A DNA stretch of 64,000 bases, taken from a virus. Taxonomy: Duplodnaviria; Caudoviricetes. The position numbers and the translations under genes are program-made. Below the pieces are notes generated by a model. The model had not been told where the DNA came from and did not search any database. It saw only the letters and a program-made list of their open reading frames with translations. This document shows, piece by piece, positions 49,410-60,524 of this stretch. The DNA lies in the IMG/VR virus record IMGVR_UViG_3300013830_000006, positions 1-64,000 of that record. One strand, written 5' to 3'. Position 1 is the first letter of the stretch. Every line of letters begins with the position of its first letter.

Positions 49410-50178
49410 CGATAGTTGGTTCTATATTTGTAATCTTAGTAGTGGCTCCATCAATCTCGCCATCAAGTACTGTTTGAACTAACTGTAAAAATGGAGCCCA
49501 TGGTACCTGAGCTAACAGATTAGTCCAGTCTTCTTTAGTTGGAATAGGTTGATCATTAATAGTTTTAGGTAATCCATAAATCATTCCATATAAAAATTTG
49601 CCAATAAAAGTTCTGATAACTTCAGTTGGTACTTCTATATAAATATTAGCAATAGTATCAAAAAATCTACTGCCCGAATGACTGAATTCGGTGTCCTTCA
49701 TAGTCTGAAGAAGAATATCCCAATATGAAGGAAATGGCAAAAATTTAACATCAATATTTCTTAGAGAGTAAGATAAAGAACTCTCTATAGGTCTTCCCAC
49801 ATCAGTTATAAGCTTAAGATCCTGAAGTATCCATCTGGCGATGAGATTCTTCATGGTTTCAAGACCTTTCTCATACACTTCGTTGTTCTCAATAACAACA
49901 GGATACATCACACCATCTTCCAGCATAACACCTGTCATTACCGAATCAATTAATCCTGATTTTCTAAAAGGCCACATATAAAATCCTCTATCAGTGAAAT
50001 ACAAATTATTATTTTGATGTATAAAAACAAAAATAAACCCACACACATAACTGGCAATGTGTGGGTTCAGGAGATGATTGACCTTTTCATTCAAACGTTT
50101 AACTGTATCGAAAAAATCATCTCCCAAAGATAAGTCCATGTATGGCAAACACGGACTTGTGGGTGTGTAAACCGTCAT
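49387..50178 (-). CDS. Hypothetical protein
   Basis: 263-aa ORF; motif variant at 50202. Confidence 0.6.
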   Translation of the reverse strand: MTVYTPTSPCLPYMDLSLGDDFFDTVKRLNEKVNHLLNPHIASYVCGFIFVFIHQNNNLYFTDRGFYMWPFRKSGLIDSVMTGVMLEDGVMYPVVIENNEVYEKGLETMKNLIARWILQDLKLITDVGRPIESSLSYSLRNIDVKFLPFPSYWDILLQTMKDTEFSHSGSRFFDTIANIYIEVPTEVIRTFIGKFLYGMIYGLPKTINDQPIPTKEDWTNLLAQVPWAPFLQLVQTVLDGEIDGATTKITNIEPTIVKSGSAQ

Positions 50179-50227
50179 ATGCTATTCAGGTCTACATCTT
50201 GATAATATAGATTTGAAAATCTATTGG

Positions 50228-50536
50228 TTATTCTTCAATTTGACAAGTATCACATCCGGTTACAATAACGTGACTGCCACTATTGCAATTACCGGATACT
50301 TTACTTCCCACCATAGCTACTGCTATTCCATTTATTTTAATAAATGAACTTCCTTCGGTAATATAAGGAGTATGTGTACCATGCTTAGGTTTGCTATGCG
50401 GTTTACATTTAGATCCTACTACCGCAACTGGTATACCGTTGCATGTTACAAAGTCACTTCCTTCGATTACCGGCACTGCTGGAAATCCATCATGACCACT
50501 GGTCATACTTCCGACAACTGCTATACTTCTTCCCAT
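50228..50536 (-). CDS. PAAR-domain spike tip protein
   Basis: Repeated NGIPVAVVGS/NGIAVAMVGS; GHDGF, EGS; His/Cys metal ligands. Confidence 0.9.
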   Translation of the reverse strand: MGRSIAVVGSMTSGHDGFPAVPVIEGSDFVTCNGIPVAVVGSKCKPHSKPKHGTHTPYITEGSSFIKINGIAVAMVGSKVSGNCNSGSHVIVTGCDTCQIEE

Positions 50537-50538
50537 GA

Positions 50539-51414
50539 TCAGATACCTTTAGCAAAAGAAATACTGCTAGCACCCAAGGTAAGACTACTGCCACCGCCAT
50601 GCTTGCCAGTACCCTTAAATTTAAGTGTCATATCGCCATCTGCACTGGCATTAAAATTACTCTTAGTCTGCTGCGTAATATCAGATTTAGCTGCCATAAC
50701 TATCTCGTTATTAGTTGATCTGATAGTTAACTTACCTTTACAGATGATATTAATATCTTCTCCATCCAACTGAATAAGTGAACCTTTTTCATTGGCCATG
50801 GTAATACATTGCTTATTAGTATCGATGATAAACATATTCTGTTTTTCATCAGCTAGCATTATCTGACTGGTTTCTGGAGATATCTTAAATTTATATTGAT
50901 GTTCTTCTCCATCAGACTGAGATGTGGATAAAAGAATATGCTTATGTTTTCTGGTATCCATCTCAAGGAAATAAGTATTATCATCAGTAAGATTACAATC
51001 ATTCTCTAAAGTATCATTAACCTGCCATCTTACTCTCTCAGTTTTTCTTAATGATTGAGATCTATCACAGCCTATCCAATACCACTGATCGCTATCGCCA
51101 TATTGAAATATCTTAACTATTTCACCTTTACGCACATCAGGAGGATAAGCTCTATTACTACATGCAAAATCACCGCCATAAGTGCAATCAATGTAATTCT
51201 TGCAGGTTGCACTGGATGTAGTAGCTACTCCATTTTTATCTACTGATTTGGAAATACTATCTACATTCTTAGCCTGTAATTCACCTTGCATCAAAAATAA
51301 AAGATCCTTACAATATACTTTAAGATCTCTGCTGTTATCAGCTTTATCGCAAACAGCTATACCTTCGTATTCTCTTCTTGAATTGTTCTGACCGGCGTCA
51401 ATACTTCCTTGCAT
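50539..51414 (-). CDS. Baseplate central spike protein (phiKZ gp164-like)
   Basis: SNRAYPPDVRKGE..YW..LRKTE, then a beta-helix-like C-terminus; adjacent to PAAR. Confidence 0.7.
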   Translation of the reverse strand: MQGSIDAGQNNSRREYEGIAVCDKADNSRDLKVYCKDLLFLMQGELQAKNVDSISKSVDKNGVATTSSATCKNYIDCTYGGDFACSNRAYPPDVRKGEIVKIFQYGDSDQWYWIGCDRSQSLRKTERVRWQVNDTLENDCNLTDDNTYFLEMDTRKHKHILLSTSQSDGEEHQYKFKISPETSQIMLADEKQNMFIIDTNKQCITMANEKGSLIQLDGEDINIICKGKLTIRSTNNEIVMAAKSDITQQTKSNFNASADGDMTLKFKGTGKHGGGSSLTLGASSISFAKGI

Positions 51415-51504
51415 ATACGTTCCTTTATGAAAAAAAAATCTCCCCATGCGTGCATGAGGAGATCCAAATTATATTCGAATATAGTTCGTTAGTTTATTAT
51501 TCTT

Positions 51505-52539
51505 TTACATGAACGGATTGCCTGATTTCCCGCCATTGTCCGAAACATGTATGGGATCAAACATTCCGCCAGAACCCATCTGTGCATATGGATTAACGGG
51601 CATCTGCATCATCATATAAGGTTGCGGTATCTGTACTGCAGGTGGAACAAACGATACTGGCGCAACAGGTATCGCTACTGGTGTAACGGGCTGACCCCAA
51701 GGAGTAGTCGATGCAGGTACTGCCGGTTTAACAATCTGTCCGTTAGTGCAGGAAGTACACCACTTAGCCTTGTTATAATACAGCTCAAGGTTAGGCAGAT
51801 GCGCTCTGATTGCTGCAGTATCTACGTAAATCTCAATCAGCTTTAAAGGTTCTTTCAGTGCATCGAATACATTAAGGAATACTTTTACATATGCCTCAAA
51901 TGTAGGAATAGCTGCTGATGAAGGGCCTTCACTGAGAGTCTTCAGATCATTCGTTTTGAATAACTTCAAAACTATTTGCTGAAGTGGTTCCCAGGTTGAT
52001 TTACGAATTCCCGGATACACTTTCTTTGATGAATCATTGAACAAAGCGCACTTTACTTCGCACACTTTCTTCTGCTTGTTGTAATACAGCTTAATGAAAT
52101 CCTCCATCTTGGAAGATATCTTATTAAACTCAGTAAGCATTTTGTTATCAATCATGTTAGCATACTTGCCGACATACTTGATAAGTTCACTGCCATCAGT
52201 AGCAGTTTCATCCTCTTTCTTATCAACTGATGCATTCTCAAGAATATACTTCATCAGTGCAATTACCAAGCCACTGACCAGAGTATTTCTTGTACGATAG
52301 AACCAGTTGTCCTGATTGCCCAGATCGCCATCCGCAAACGGATTAACAATTACAACATCTCTTGCCTGAGTGCCGTAAATAGCAAGCTTCTTAGACTTAC
52401 TTCCCTGAGAAATCTCTTCTACCTCGTTAGTCGCAACGTTTCTGATAAACTTTTCAGAATTACGATCGACTTCGTTACTCCCACCTAACTCGAGAAGCTC
52501 GGTAAGAAAATTCGAAATGTCCTCATCACTAAATGTCAT
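51505..52539 (-). CDS. Conserved jumbo-phage protein (phiKZ gp70-like by synteny) with Pro-rich tail
   Basis: Position in the gp68-gp74 block. Confidence 0.45.
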   Translation of the reverse strand: MTFSDEDISNFLTELLELGGSNEVDRNSEKFIRNVATNEVEEISQGSKSKKLAIYGTQARDVVIVNPFADGDLGNQDNWFYRTRNTLVSGLVIALMKYILENASVDKKEDETATDGSELIKYVGKYANMIDNKMLTEFNKISSKMEDFIKLYYNKQKKVCEVKCALFNDSSKKVYPGIRKSTWEPLQQIVLKLFKTNDLKTLSEGPSSAAIPTFEAYVKVFLNVFDALKEPLKLIEIYVDTAAIRAHLPNLELYYNKAKWCTSCTNGQIVKPAVPASTTPWGQPVTPVAIPVAPVSFVPPAVQIPQPYMMMQMPVNPYAQMGSGGMFDPIHVSDNGGKSGNPFM

Positions 52540-52548
52540 GATTCACTC

Positions 52549-54108
52549 CTAATACATTGTTGGATTGGAAGTTAAAGCGCTTCCAAGTATTCTTAACTGA
52601 CCAGCATTATGTTCGCACTGATCACTATTCCCCATTAATCCACTTCCTACTCCTCCCAGACTATTATTGGTCACAGAAACACCCTTATCATTATAGTCGT
52701 CCATTAGCATTAAATTGACAACAGTGTCTCCACCTACAGAACAGAACACATCACACCTTACTTCACCAAAATTAGCAACAATCGGTTGCATAACATCATC
52801 AATGATATCACGCTTCAGATTAAGTGCTGTTGTTTTATAATTATAATCATCCATAGGTATCAGTGTCATCATGTATTTAATCGCACAGAGACCTTTATAA
52901 TTATGCATATCGCCACCGGTGCTATAAGAACTATACGAAAATACAGCATCAGTTACCAATCTATTAATTAAAGTAGTTGGCATTGCCGATGTGATAATCG
53001 CGGTCGCAATATTCTGTCTGGTAGGACCACCGGTATCTCTTACATTAAGATTACCAAATGAATAGTTCATAGGGGCCTCAATCTTATGAACTCTCAGTGA
53101 TGATCCCGGCCACATCTGATTGATATCTTCAAACGAATACGATCTATCGATCTGCAGCTCTTTTCTGTGAGCAGTACAGTTAACTGTTTCGCTATAATCC
53201 TCAATTTGCTGACCCCAATCAGACAGCATATTCTCACTGCCATACAACTTATTGTTTGAACCGGCACGGTAGCCATTGTCAACTCTTACATAAGTTGATA
53301 ATCCAGTCATCAGTCTACTAAGATGTTCAGTAGGAGAATTGAATCCTGCATCTGTTGGTTTAGCAGTTGTAAATGATTTGATAGGAATCGGGCTGAATCC
53401 TGATGAATCAAACTCACTTGGATTATAAGATCCAACACAACTTCTTTCCAAAATATCCTTAGGAGTATTCAGAAACAAATCGTCTCCGCCAGATAATTGT
53501 TGCGTTAACTGACTCGGAATAATATCACTGTCCCAGATGGATTTATCAATTGTTGGAATACTACTGCCGAAATCTCCAATAGACGACACTGCTTCATGAT
53601 ACTTAGTTACATGTGTTATCCAAAACATCGCATGTGGATTATATCGCTGAGATGCTGTTATACCAGATACTATCCCAAGTTCTATAGGATCATCCTGTAC
53701 ATATCCAGTATAAACAACACGATCATTACCAATGAGTTTGGAATACGGGTTATTAATATCAAGAACTAATACAAAAGTCCATGATCCCGCAAGTACATTG
53801 GTATTGATAGGTTCTGCATCAGCTGATGGCAGAACGCATTCAGCACAAGTACCACCGAGTTTGGAATCCTTGGGAGTAATACCGCCTAGTGTATTCGCTT
53901 TATCGAGATAATTCTCAATTCTGCGAATGTCATTGCTACCAAAACGATAATTAATCGACCTCCTGTACTGAGGGATAACTTCCTTTGGCGGAATTAAATA
54001 CAGAATAGCCTTAGTACCTGTCATATCAGGTAACTTGAACTGCTCCGACTGGTTTATCTGAGCGGATACATCGGTAGAGAACATACCGCCATTATCAGGA
54101 AACTCCAT
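52549..54108 (-). CDS. Conserved jumbo-phage protein, possibly phiKZ gp69 (PicA/Imp1)-like
   Basis: Synteny between the gp68-like and gp70-like genes only. Confidence 0.4.
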   Translation of the reverse strand: MEFPDNGGMFSTDVSAQINQSEQFKLPDMTGTKAILYLIPPKEVIPQYRRSINYRFGSNDIRRIENYLDKANTLGGITPKDSKLGGTCAECVLPSADAEPINTNVLAGSWTFVLVLDINNPYSKLIGNDRVVYTGYVQDDPIELGIVSGITASQRYNPHAMFWITHVTKYHEAVSSIGDFGSSIPTIDKSIWDSDIIPSQLTQQLSGGDDLFLNTPKDILERSCVGSYNPSEFDSSGFSPIPIKSFTTAKPTDAGFNSPTEHLSRLMTGLSTYVRVDNGYRAGSNNKLYGSENMLSDWGQQIEDYSETVNCTAHRKELQIDRSYSFEDINQMWPGSSLRVHKIEAPMNYSFGNLNVRDTGGPTRQNIATAIITSAMPTTLINRLVTDAVFSYSSYSTGGDMHNYKGLCAIKYMMTLIPMDDYNYKTTALNLKRDIIDDVMQPIVANFGEVRCDVFCSVGGDTVVNLMLMDDYNDKGVSVTNNSLGGVGSGLMGNSDQCEHNAGQLRILGSALTSNPTMY

Positions 54109-55298
54109 TATAACCTCCTGTATGAATAATCAAGCCTAATAAATCCATCATCAAGAGCTGATGCTATGATCAGGTCAACAACAAGCATATAGCTATTGTC
54201 TCCCAATGCTCTGATAATCAGCATATCATTAGGCGTCTTATCTATTACCACATCAGTAAACTTCCCTGAGGGTAATACCCTTTTGATTATGTTTGATCCA
54301 CGCTGTATCACATCAGTAAACAGATCATCAAACTGCTTCTGATTACTGGTATCAGTGTAAATTAATTCATAATCCCATTTAGGTAATATATACCTAAAAC
54401 ACATTTGAACAGCTGGTAGCTGCAACAGCCGTCTTATCCAGTCTAATAGTTCAGGACTAAACGTTGTTATCTGTCTGACCTGACTATGATTTATTGCTCT
54501 TATTGAGCCATCTCTATATGCTCTAAGATCACTTTTATCTAAAATGTCATATGCACATTTTAACGTAAAATTATCCAGCGAAAGATCATATGGCAATATA
54601 GGTTTACTCCAACGATACAGAAATTCATCTACATTTTTGTTCTCCTTAAACATATTCAGACAATAATCAAATGCGCAATTGAATAGTCCATACATTGACC
54701 CATCATTATACGCATTAAAATCCTTGCTAAAGCTCACGTTGCTAAACACCGGCAAATACGTATCACAGCAACTATCAAGATTTATGTATCCAGGCGCATC
54801 ATTATCAGTAAAACTAATAAAACTGTTCCGCATACGTGAACCTTGATTATCAAGGCAACTCATGCATGTTTCACCTTGCGTTATCATGTCGTATCTGTCG
54901 CTGATATCATAGAACGCATCATCATTATCACGCCAAAAACATCTAATAGCCTCTTTTAATGCTTCATCTCTTGCGAATACCACCTCCTTATCAGGTTCAG
55001 ATATCTTAGAAAGTTCATTAACTCCCGCAACATGAGTCAAAACGATTACGTCACTCGGATGAAATATTCTTGTACGTATGGGATAAATAAATGCTCCATA
55101 CCTTAAAAATACTCTTTCAATTAAGTAATCATTTTGCTCCCGAATGATGATACGCGTTGCATCTTTAGGTATTACGAATTTATTACCAAATACAATGTCA
55201 CAGAATCCATTGTACAGGCAAGACATCGATGCGCCAGAAGAAGCATACTGCGTATCATCCTGATTCAGACATTTAGTTTCGCTATAATAAACTAGCAT
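54108..55298 (-). CDS. Hypothetical protein
   Basis: 396-aa ORF overlapping both neighbours. Confidence 0.6.
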   Translation of the reverse strand: MLVYYSETKCLNQDDTQYASSGASMSCLYNGFCDIVFGNKFVIPKDATRIIIREQNDYLIERVFLRYGAFIYPIRTRIFHPSDVIVLTHVAGVNELSKISEPDKEVVFARDEALKEAIRCFWRDNDDAFYDISDRYDMITQGETCMSCLDNQGSRMRNSFISFTDNDAPGYINLDSCCDTYLPVFSNVSFSKDFNAYNDGSMYGLFNCAFDYCLNMFKENKNVDEFLYRWSKPILPYDLSLDNFTLKCAYDILDKSDLRAYRDGSIRAINHSQVRQITTFSPELLDWIRRLLQLPAVQMCFRYILPKWDYELIYTDTSNQKQFDDLFTDVIQRGSNIIKRVLPSGKFTDVVIDKTPNDMLIIRALGDNSYMLVVDLIIASALDDGFIRLDYSYRRL

Positions 55299-57019
55299 TC
55301 ATCCTGCCTACTAAACAAATCATTAATAAAATCACAGATTGTTGTGGCTAGTGTGATTGGTGGAGTATAGATTTTGTTAGTCTGGGTAACTTCTTCTCCC
55401 ATCATCTCACAGATTGTTGTGGCTAGTGTGATTGGTGGAGTATAGATTTTGTTAGTCTGGGTAACTTCTTCTCCCATCATCTCACAGATTGCTGGAGCAG
55501 TATTATACAGATAAGTTCTTGATGTGACATCATTGATTAACTTCTCCAATGCAGTATCCCATCTAAGAGCTCGTGCAGTTTCAAAATTAAACCGTTCGTC
55601 ACAGTTTCTGTATGAGTTGCTGCTTTTCCAAGATTCTCTCAGCCGCATTTCATTACTGTTCTGCATTAATTTAAGATTATTGGTAGGAAGCAGAGATAAC
55701 AAGTGAACCATATCTCTAAAATTCTTACGATAACAATAAATCTGTGCTAACGGTAATAATGCTGCCAAATCATTAAGAGTCAAAGACTCTATTGACTTAG
55801 CACCGCAAAGATCTCTTCCAAATAACGTTGATAAAATAAATTCATTGTTATTCCCTAATGTCGGATGACTCATTTCTGAATAGTATACATATGCTGCGTC
55901 ATATACCTCTCTATCAATACTGAATTCATTCAGATAGTGTTTAATCGTCTCCTGCACAGCAAACGAAATTATCAAATTGAAATCAGCTGTTTCTTTAGAA
56001 GCAGATGATTCAGCCTCAAGCACTGAACTATTGCCATCATCATAAGACTCCTCAAATTCATCCGGGAGTTTACGTTCAGCAACAGTTATCTTACCTCCAT
56101 CTTTCTTAGAACCTGACGACTTAGTAGATACTATACCTTTAGCACAGGTATTAACATAAGTCATTAGGTTACTTTCAGTGTTAGACAAATCCACAGTTAT
56201 GAACTTTCTGGTATACATCGAAGCAGTAACTGCCATCTTCGACATATCTGTTGAAAATCCATTATACAGATTAGTCAGTTTATTTTTAGACATAGCCTTT
56301 TCATTACTGTCAATAGTATTTGCCAGATAATTCTCCAGCTTATCTGCAATAGCCTGACACTTATTAGCTATGATATCTCTGAAAATATTAGCCGCATGAA
56401 TCTCTTTAAAGTTCTGCGAGATATCCATGTTACTGCATTCACGAATAAACACACCAACTATCGGCGTCATCAGCTTACACAATACTGCTACAGCTGTGAG
56501 ATCAACCAAGTCAGGAGTCTTGAATGTCATCTCATCTGAATCCTGAGCACGAGATCCGATATTATCAGCTACCTTAATCGGAATATTCTTTTCAACGTAC
56601 TCATGTATCTTATGATACAAATCAATCTTGAGATCAAGACTTGCTACTGTATCAGACAACTTAGTTTCAAGTTCATGAACCAGATTAGCATTGTGATTCT
56701 TGATGTGATTGATTTCAGCATCGTTCATTCCCAGACTAATATGCTTCTGATGAGATGTTGTTAACTGAATGTCCTGATGACACGCACAATAACAGCCTGC
56801 CAGATAAATCTGCTCTTCACCCGACAGAGTATTAACAAAAGCTTCCGGAATACTAAATACTTTATCCCACTCCTCCTGAGACTGATTAGCACCCAACGCC
56901 TTATAAGTACTGATACTGAAAACAAGCAGACTCTTTAAATCTTCAGGAATCTCTAATCCTTCGGTATCAATAACTACCAATGCTTTACCAGCATCATCAT
57001 ACTTTTTAACGAATTTCAT
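55292..57019 (-). CDS. Non-virion RNAP promoter-specificity subunit (phiKZ gp68-like; start MKFVKK)
   Basis: Synteny; TF..DL..L..VAV.CK.M.PI.G.F and DDGN.SVLE patterns; AGGAG RBS. Confidence 0.6.
   Translation of the reverse strand: MKFVKKYDDAGKALVVIDTEGLEIPEDLKSLLVFSISTYKALGANQSQEEWDKVFSIPEAFVNTLSGEEQIYLAGCYCACHQDIQLTTSHQKHISLGMNDAEINHIKNHNANLVHELETKLSDTVASLDLKIDLYHKIHEYVEKNIPIKVADNIGSRAQDSDEMTFKTPDLVDLTAVAVLCKLMTPIVGVFIRECSNMDISQNFKEIHAANIFRDIIANKCQAIADKLENYLANTIDSNEKAMSKNKLTNLYNGFSTDMSKMAVTASMYTRKFITVDLSNTESNLMTYVNTCAKGIVSTKSSGSKKDGGKITVAERKLPDEFEESYDDGNSSVLEAESSASKETADFNLIISFAVQETIKHYLNEFSIDREVYDAAYVYYSEMSHPTLGNNNEFILSTLFGRDLCGAKSIESLTLNDLAALLPLAQIYCYRKNFRDMVHLLSLLPTNNLKLMQNSNEMRLRESWKSSNSYRNCDERFNFETARALRWDTALEKLINDVTSRTYLYNTAPAICEMMGEEVTQTNKIYTPPITLATTICEMMGEEVTQTNKIYTPPITLATTICDFINDLFSRQDEC
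55332..55491. repeat. Perfect 75-bp tandem duplication
   Basis: TCACAGATTG at 55332, 55407 and 55482; encodes ICEMMGEEVTQTNKIYTPPITLATT twice. Confidence 0.95.
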
Positions 57020-57183
57020 AATACTCCTTTTAATTAACACAAAGTACTGCAATATAGTAATATATATTTTCAAGTACTTTGATTAATAATCAAATTATGC
57101 ATATGTTATTTAACTATTGATTTGAAGAATAAAAATAAGTACCACCCTACTTAAAGGGTGGTACCTATTCTATCAATTAAACC

Positions 57184-57816
57184 TTAAAGTAAATTATCTA
57201 AATCGTCATCTCCGCCTTTAAACGGGTCGGCTGAGTTAGATTGCTTTCTATATCCTTCAGATGTCAGATGCTGCTTATTAGGTCCAGTGTTGCCAGTTCT
57301 ACTAGGGAATTTAGTAAGGTTCCATCTGGTAAGTTCCATAGCTGTATAAATCATCTTATCGAGAACATCATAAAATTCCTGAAGTCCCAATACGCTCTTT
57401 CTCTCTTCACTAAGACTATCATCACCGTTAGAGAACGTACCTCTTCCTCTCATTCTAAATGTCATAGGAGCAGTAGTAGGTGTGCTAACCTCAATACTCA
57501 AAAGTCTCTTGTCATCTTTAATAAAAGTAACATTAATACCTGTTTTATAGCTCTTGGTGTCAGCATCATAGACTAACTGAATAAAAGGAAGTCTGGTACC
57601 AGGATTAGCAGTAGTAGCTTCCTTGGCTAATCTCTTAAGTTCCCTGATGAAAGAAAGATTGAGACTAAGCTTAACAACCGGCTTGTTAATTCCTTTCTTA
57701 AAAACTGCGAGACTTGCGTTACCAGCATAAGCTCCAATCTGAAGGTTATCGCCATCACGATTAGTAGTTCCCCATAACTTCTGTAAATCAAAATTGTTTT
57801 CCATAATTCTCCTCAA
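57184..57816 (-). CDS. Conserved jumbo-phage protein with acidic tail (possibly SSB-like)
   Basis: Beta-rich core, disordered tail ending DDDLDNLL; synteny. Confidence 0.45.
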   Translation of the reverse strand: MRRIMENNFDLQKLWGTTNRDGDNLQIGAYAGNASLAVFKKGINKPVVKLSLNLSFIRELKRLAKEATTANPGTRLPFIQLVYDADTKSYKTGINVTFIKDDKRLLSIEVSTPTTAPMTFRMRGRGTFSNGDDSLSEERKSVLGLQEFYDVLDKMIYTAMELTRWNLTKFPSRTGNTGPNKQHLTSEGYRKQSNSADPFKGGDDDLDNLL

Positions 57817-58700
57817 ATATCAGGTCTAATAAATTGAGCGTATGAAGCAATGTTCATACTGATTAATGATTTTAGTATTTCCTTATCAGGTAATACATTC
57901 CATGATTCCTTTTCAGCTCGATCGCTAATAAGCTTTTTAGTCTTATTATCAACCAGTTGCTTAATATACCATTTATCGCCAAGAAGTAAATGAGTATATT
58001 TATTAAAAGGAACTGAATCTAACTGAAATACTTTCTTGCCAAAATCCTTTTTAGTTTTGAAAGCACCAGTATAAGATTCCAATAGAGTAAATTCATCAAA
58101 CACTTTATATAAATGAAAATCTAATGGCACATGACTTATCATTAAAGTCTTTCTATACTGAAGCCCTTCATATTGATGCATTAGTTCTTTTGCTAACTCT
58201 TTATGAGGATATCCAATCTTGTCATTAGATTCAAAAAATAAAATATCTGTATCTTCATAGGAAGCAGTAAATTCTCTGCTTTTTAATTTCTCTGCAACCA
58301 GGTTTCTTATTTTCCATCTATCTTCTGTACCTTTGGGTAATTTATCACGTATATGCTCATGCGGAAGATTCTCATACTTATTCATATAGAAGCATACCAT
58401 TGCTCTGATTTTAGAACCTCTGGGTAGCACCATTGAATTATAGCTTGCTATATACTGTGCCATAACAGTTATATCGGTTATAACATTTTCTATCATCTGA
58501 GTATTGGTAACTTCTTCTTTAGTTTTCCTATCTCTGATAATCGTTTCAACATTAACCAAATACAGTGTCCAAGGTATTCTGTTTCTGGACTTCGACAATC
58601 CAGCCAGTGCATTCAATATAGGTATGATGCCATAACTGACAACCATACCGTTATATAACTGTGGCTGATCTGGCGTCAAAAATTTTACACCATCACCCAT
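57813..58700 (-). CDS. Conserved jumbo-phage protein, possibly nuclease-fold
   Basis: LVNVETIIR, SHVPLD, LLESYTG, PFN..LGD; follows sbcD. Confidence 0.5.
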   Translation of the reverse strand: MGDGVKFLTPDQPQLYNGMVVSYGIIPILNALAGLSKSRNRIPWTLYLVNVETIIRDRKTKEEVTNTQMIENVITDITVMAQYIASYNSMVLPRGSKIRAMVCFYMNKYENLPHEHIRDKLPKGTEDRWKIRNLVAEKLKSREFTASYEDTDILFFESNDKIGYPHKELAKELMHQYEGLQYRKTLMISHVPLDFHLYKVFDEFTLLESYTGAFKTKKDFGKKVFQLDSVPFNKYTHLLLGDKWYIKQLVDNKTKKLISDRAEKESWNVLPDKEILKSLISMNIASYAQFIRPDI

Positions 58701-58716
58701 TTTAATTTATCCTGTT

Positions 58717-59844
58717 TTAAACTTCTACAATATAAGTAAGATACTTATTTATGGTTTCTTTATCGAAAACACCTAAGTTGTTTTCCAATAAGAATTGACA
58801 AATTAAATTAGGAAGATTTTCTCTGCTTGGTTTAATATTGTCAAAAGTATCCAACTCTATATTATCCAGTTTAATTTCTGTTTTTTCTGTATCAGATATT
58901 GGTTTGGAAGTATATCTTAAAGATGGATATTCCTGTAAACAAATTTTATTTAACAATAATCTTATTTCAGGATCGTTATGTGCTACTCTTACATTACCTG
59001 TCTTATTAGGAAAGATATTAGCTATCTGAGAGTTGAAATCTGCTATAATTTCAGCTGTAGTATTCCCCTGGGGGTAAATAGTCACAAATAATGACGCCTG
59101 ATCATTCTTGACGAAGGTAGCTTTCCATTTTCCAGATGAATTGTCAAAAGTATAGAAACCTTTAGGTTGTTCCTCACCATGAGACATTCTTTCGAATGAA
59201 CCACAGTAATAAACATTCTTCTTATGGCTGGAAATATGAATATGACCCATGATAATCAAACTATCTTCAGTAGTTATCTTATCAAATTGCTCTATAGTGT
59301 ATGTACAGGGTGGAAGATGATTAGTTGATACTGGAAGAGCATGAGAAAATGTTCCATGACCTAAAACAATATCAACAGTTTTCCACCCCATAACAGTAAG
59401 CACTTTATCTATATGTTCCATAACTTCTTCACTTCTTTTATAAGAAAGATTATCTGGAATGTATAAAACTTTAAAGTGCTTGCCTTTGACGACTAAATCT
59501 TCACAGGATATCTCATTAATTATTTTCGCATCAGTATCTTTAAGCTTAAGCTCATTAAGAACATTCAATTGATTTCTATCATGAGAATAAGTACCATGAA
59601 GTATTCTTATAGGTACATGAGATTTAGCTGAGAATACAAACAATTCTCTGATGAATTTAGAGATGAAACAATTAGCATCACTATTAACTGTAACTAACTG
59701 ATCAAATAAATCACCTGTTAATAAAACTAAATCAGATGTATCTACCTCAGGATAAAATGATGCTCTTAATTCGTTGTACAATAAACTGCAGTTGATTCTC
59801 GGATTACCAAAATGAAAATCACCTGCTGCTGCTATTTTAGTCAT
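58717..59844 (-). CDS. SbcD/Mre11-like metallophosphoesterase nuclease
   Basis: GDFHFG, GDLFD, GTYSHD, GHIH, YCGSFER..HGEE..KGF. Confidence 0.9.
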   Translation of the reverse strand: MTKIAAAGDFHFGNPRINCSLLYNELRASFYPEVDTSDLVLLTGDLFDQLVTVNSDANCFISKFIRELFVFSAKSHVPIRILHGTYSHDRNQLNVLNELKLKDTDAKIINEISCEDLVVKGKHFKVLYIPDNLSYKRSEEVMEHIDKVLTVMGWKTVDIVLGHGTFSHALPVSTNHLPPCTYTIEQFDKITTEDSLIIMGHIHISSHKKNVYYCGSFERMSHGEEQPKGFYTFDNSSGKWKATFVKNDQASLFVTIYPQGNTTAEIIADFNSQIANIFPNKTGNVRVAHNDPEIRLLLNKICLQEYPSLRYTSKPISDTEKTEIKLDNIELDTFDNIKPSRENLPNLICQFLLENNLGVFDKETINKYLTYIVEV

Positions 59845-60521
59845 TCTTCAAATACCAATACGTCTTCGTCATCGACTTCCGAAGCAGCTGCTTTTTTCTC
59901 TTGTACATTCTCCTGTTTTTGGTCATTTACTTCCTCCTTGGGACCATTGTACCAATAATTATTACTGAATGATTTTGCTAATTTAGCATATTGATTCTGA
60001 TCAGCTTTAAGTTGATCATTGTCTTGAACACGTAAGATATTACGATACAGATTATCTGTAGCTATTTGTTTTCTTACATAAGCAGATGGATTACTTATAT
60101 CAGATTCTTCAAACGTGCTGGCAAGTATCTGAGTAGCTTCTGCCTGTTCAGCAGTTGTCAAAGTATTTAATCGTCTGAATAAAGGAGGAAGAACAAAAAT
60201 CTCTTCTCCACTATAATCATCAACTATATGAATAGGTCGCTGAGTATTGACACTATGATAAAATTCTTCTGATAACTCAGCGATATGTTCACGTTCTTCT
60301 CTGGTAGCTTCAGTCGAAGCTAAACGATCTCTGGTAGACTTCAGATAAAGAACAGCAAACTTTTCAAAATCAGAATGCTTCATATAAGTATCATGTTCAG
60401 CATTAGTCACAAAATCCTTATACATCGCATCAATATTACGTTCACGCAATGTTGCTGGATTAGTATCAACAGTGACATTTCGTAATTGCTGATCAAGAGA
60501 TTCTATGTTTTGATTACTCAT
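59841..60521 (-). CDS. Conserved hypothetical protein
   Basis: 226-aa ORF coupled to sbcD by an ATGA overlap. Confidence 0.6.
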   Translation of the reverse strand: MSNQNIESLDQQLRNVTVDTNPATLRERNIDAMYKDFVTNAEHDTYMKHSDFEKFAVLYLKSTRDRLASTEATREEREHIAELSEEFYHSVNTQRPIHIVDDYSGEEIFVLPPLFRRLNTLTTAEQAEATQILASTFEESDISNPSAYVRKQIATDNLYRNILRVQDNDQLKADQNQYAKLAKSFSNNYWYNGPKEEVNDQKQENVQEKKAAASEVDDEDVLVFEE

Positions 60522-60524
60522 ATC

